Source of the DNA: Trypanosoma brucei
Taxonomy: Eukaryota
Reading direction: 5' to 3'
DNA length: 64,000 nucleotides
Assembly (NCBI GenBank): GCA_000002445.1
Contig: AE017150.2
Span: forward strand, 800,001-864,000
The position numbers and the translations under genes are program-made. Every line of letters starts with the position of its first letter. Position 1 is the stretch's first letter. The notes beneath the pieces are model-generated. The model worked only from the letters and a program-made list of their open reading frames with translations, was not told the origin of the DNA and searched no databases. Shown here piece after piece: positions 63,630-64,000 of the stretch.

Positions 63630-64000
63630 ATTCAAATACAGCACAAAAATAAGGTTGACAACGAGCTTCCGGTGCACACACCAACCCGTAAACGAATAAC
63701 AAAGCACATCAAAAACACAAAACTACCAAGACAATCGATAAGGTAACTGTATGCCACGCCAACCAGTTGCAGCGCAATGCTCATACTGGCAAACGTGGCA
63801 CACGCTGCGCCAAGGCTCACAGTATCAACAGTGATGTAATCGACAGAGCGTTACCAAATACATCACCACGACAGGACATAGCACACTACGGAACCTGCAA
63901 CATTACGATATAGCTGCAAAACAAAACAACAGGAAAAACAATTACTGTATATCCACAACACCGGTCACAGCTGCGCCCCATCACGCGTCCAGTACACCTC
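63630..64000. repeat. Copy B of the ~370-bp direct repeat, running to the window edge. It ends inside a sequence identical to the uL11 C-terminal codons (VYWTRDGAQL*)
   Basis: Same evidence as copy A. The repeat may continue beyond coordinate 64000. Confidence 0.9.

Noticed and set aside
1-64000. A search for prokaryote-style systems (CRISPR arrays, toxin-antitoxin pairs, restriction-modification, defence islands) and for tRNA/rRNA genes or retroelements
   Set aside because: No regularly spaced direct repeats with unique spacers are present. There are no T-loop/acceptor-stem tRNA signatures in the intergenic regions. The sequence is eukaryotic (kinetoplastid) in gene content and organisation. 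All repeats found are segmental duplications or microsatellites.

Overview
The window reads as a chromosome-internal segment of a kinetoplastid (Trypanosoma brucei-like) genome. All 26-27 convincing protein-coding genes lie on the minus strand and none has introns. Their upstream sides (higher + coordinates) are purine-rich on the + strand, which is a polypyrimidine tract on the coding strand, as expected for trans-splice acceptor regions. Intergenic regions are long (up to 2.7 kb) and AT-rich with many microsatellites. So the window is one unidirectional polycistronic transcription unit running from high to low coordinates, with no strand-switch region.

Genes recognised from the translations:
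- SmB (Sm core protein)
- SPB1/FtsJ rRNA 2'-O-methyltransferase
- a TBC-domain RabGAP
- UNC119/PDE-delta-like protein
- two tandem branched-chain aminotransferase (BCAT) genes
- an SR-type RNA-binding protein with 3 RRMs, 2 CCHC knuckles and an RS tail (TbRRM1-like)
- ALG12-type (GT22) mannosyltransferase
- mitochondrial uL11
- a type-I membrane glycoprotein with a poly-Thr stalk
- a CFAP57/WDR65-like WD40 coiled-coil protein
- a NIF/FCP-like HAD phosphatase (TIM50-like possibility)
- a VKOR homologue
- a phosducin-like protein 3 (TXNDC9-like)
- a dual-specificity phosphatase
- several hypothetical proteins

The RRM1-like, SmB, BCAT-pair and ALG12 neighbourhood fits T. brucei chromosome 2 from memory, but I cannot verify that here.

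I found no CRISPR array, no prokaryotic operon or defence system, no obvious tRNA or rRNA gene, and no recognisable retroelement (ingi/RIME/SLACS) signature. I cannot identify a dramatic novel system. The most notable unexplained structure is a set of segmental duplications: the BCAT tandem, a 370-bp exact direct repeat that carries the 3' end of the uL11 gene to the window edge, and a truncated signal-peptide-only copy of the surface glycoprotein gene. Other observations worth a second look are a trypanosome VKOR homologue, a C-type-lectin-like surface protein, C-terminal extensions on ALG12 and uL11, and inverted microsatellite pairs in the long intergenic regions.
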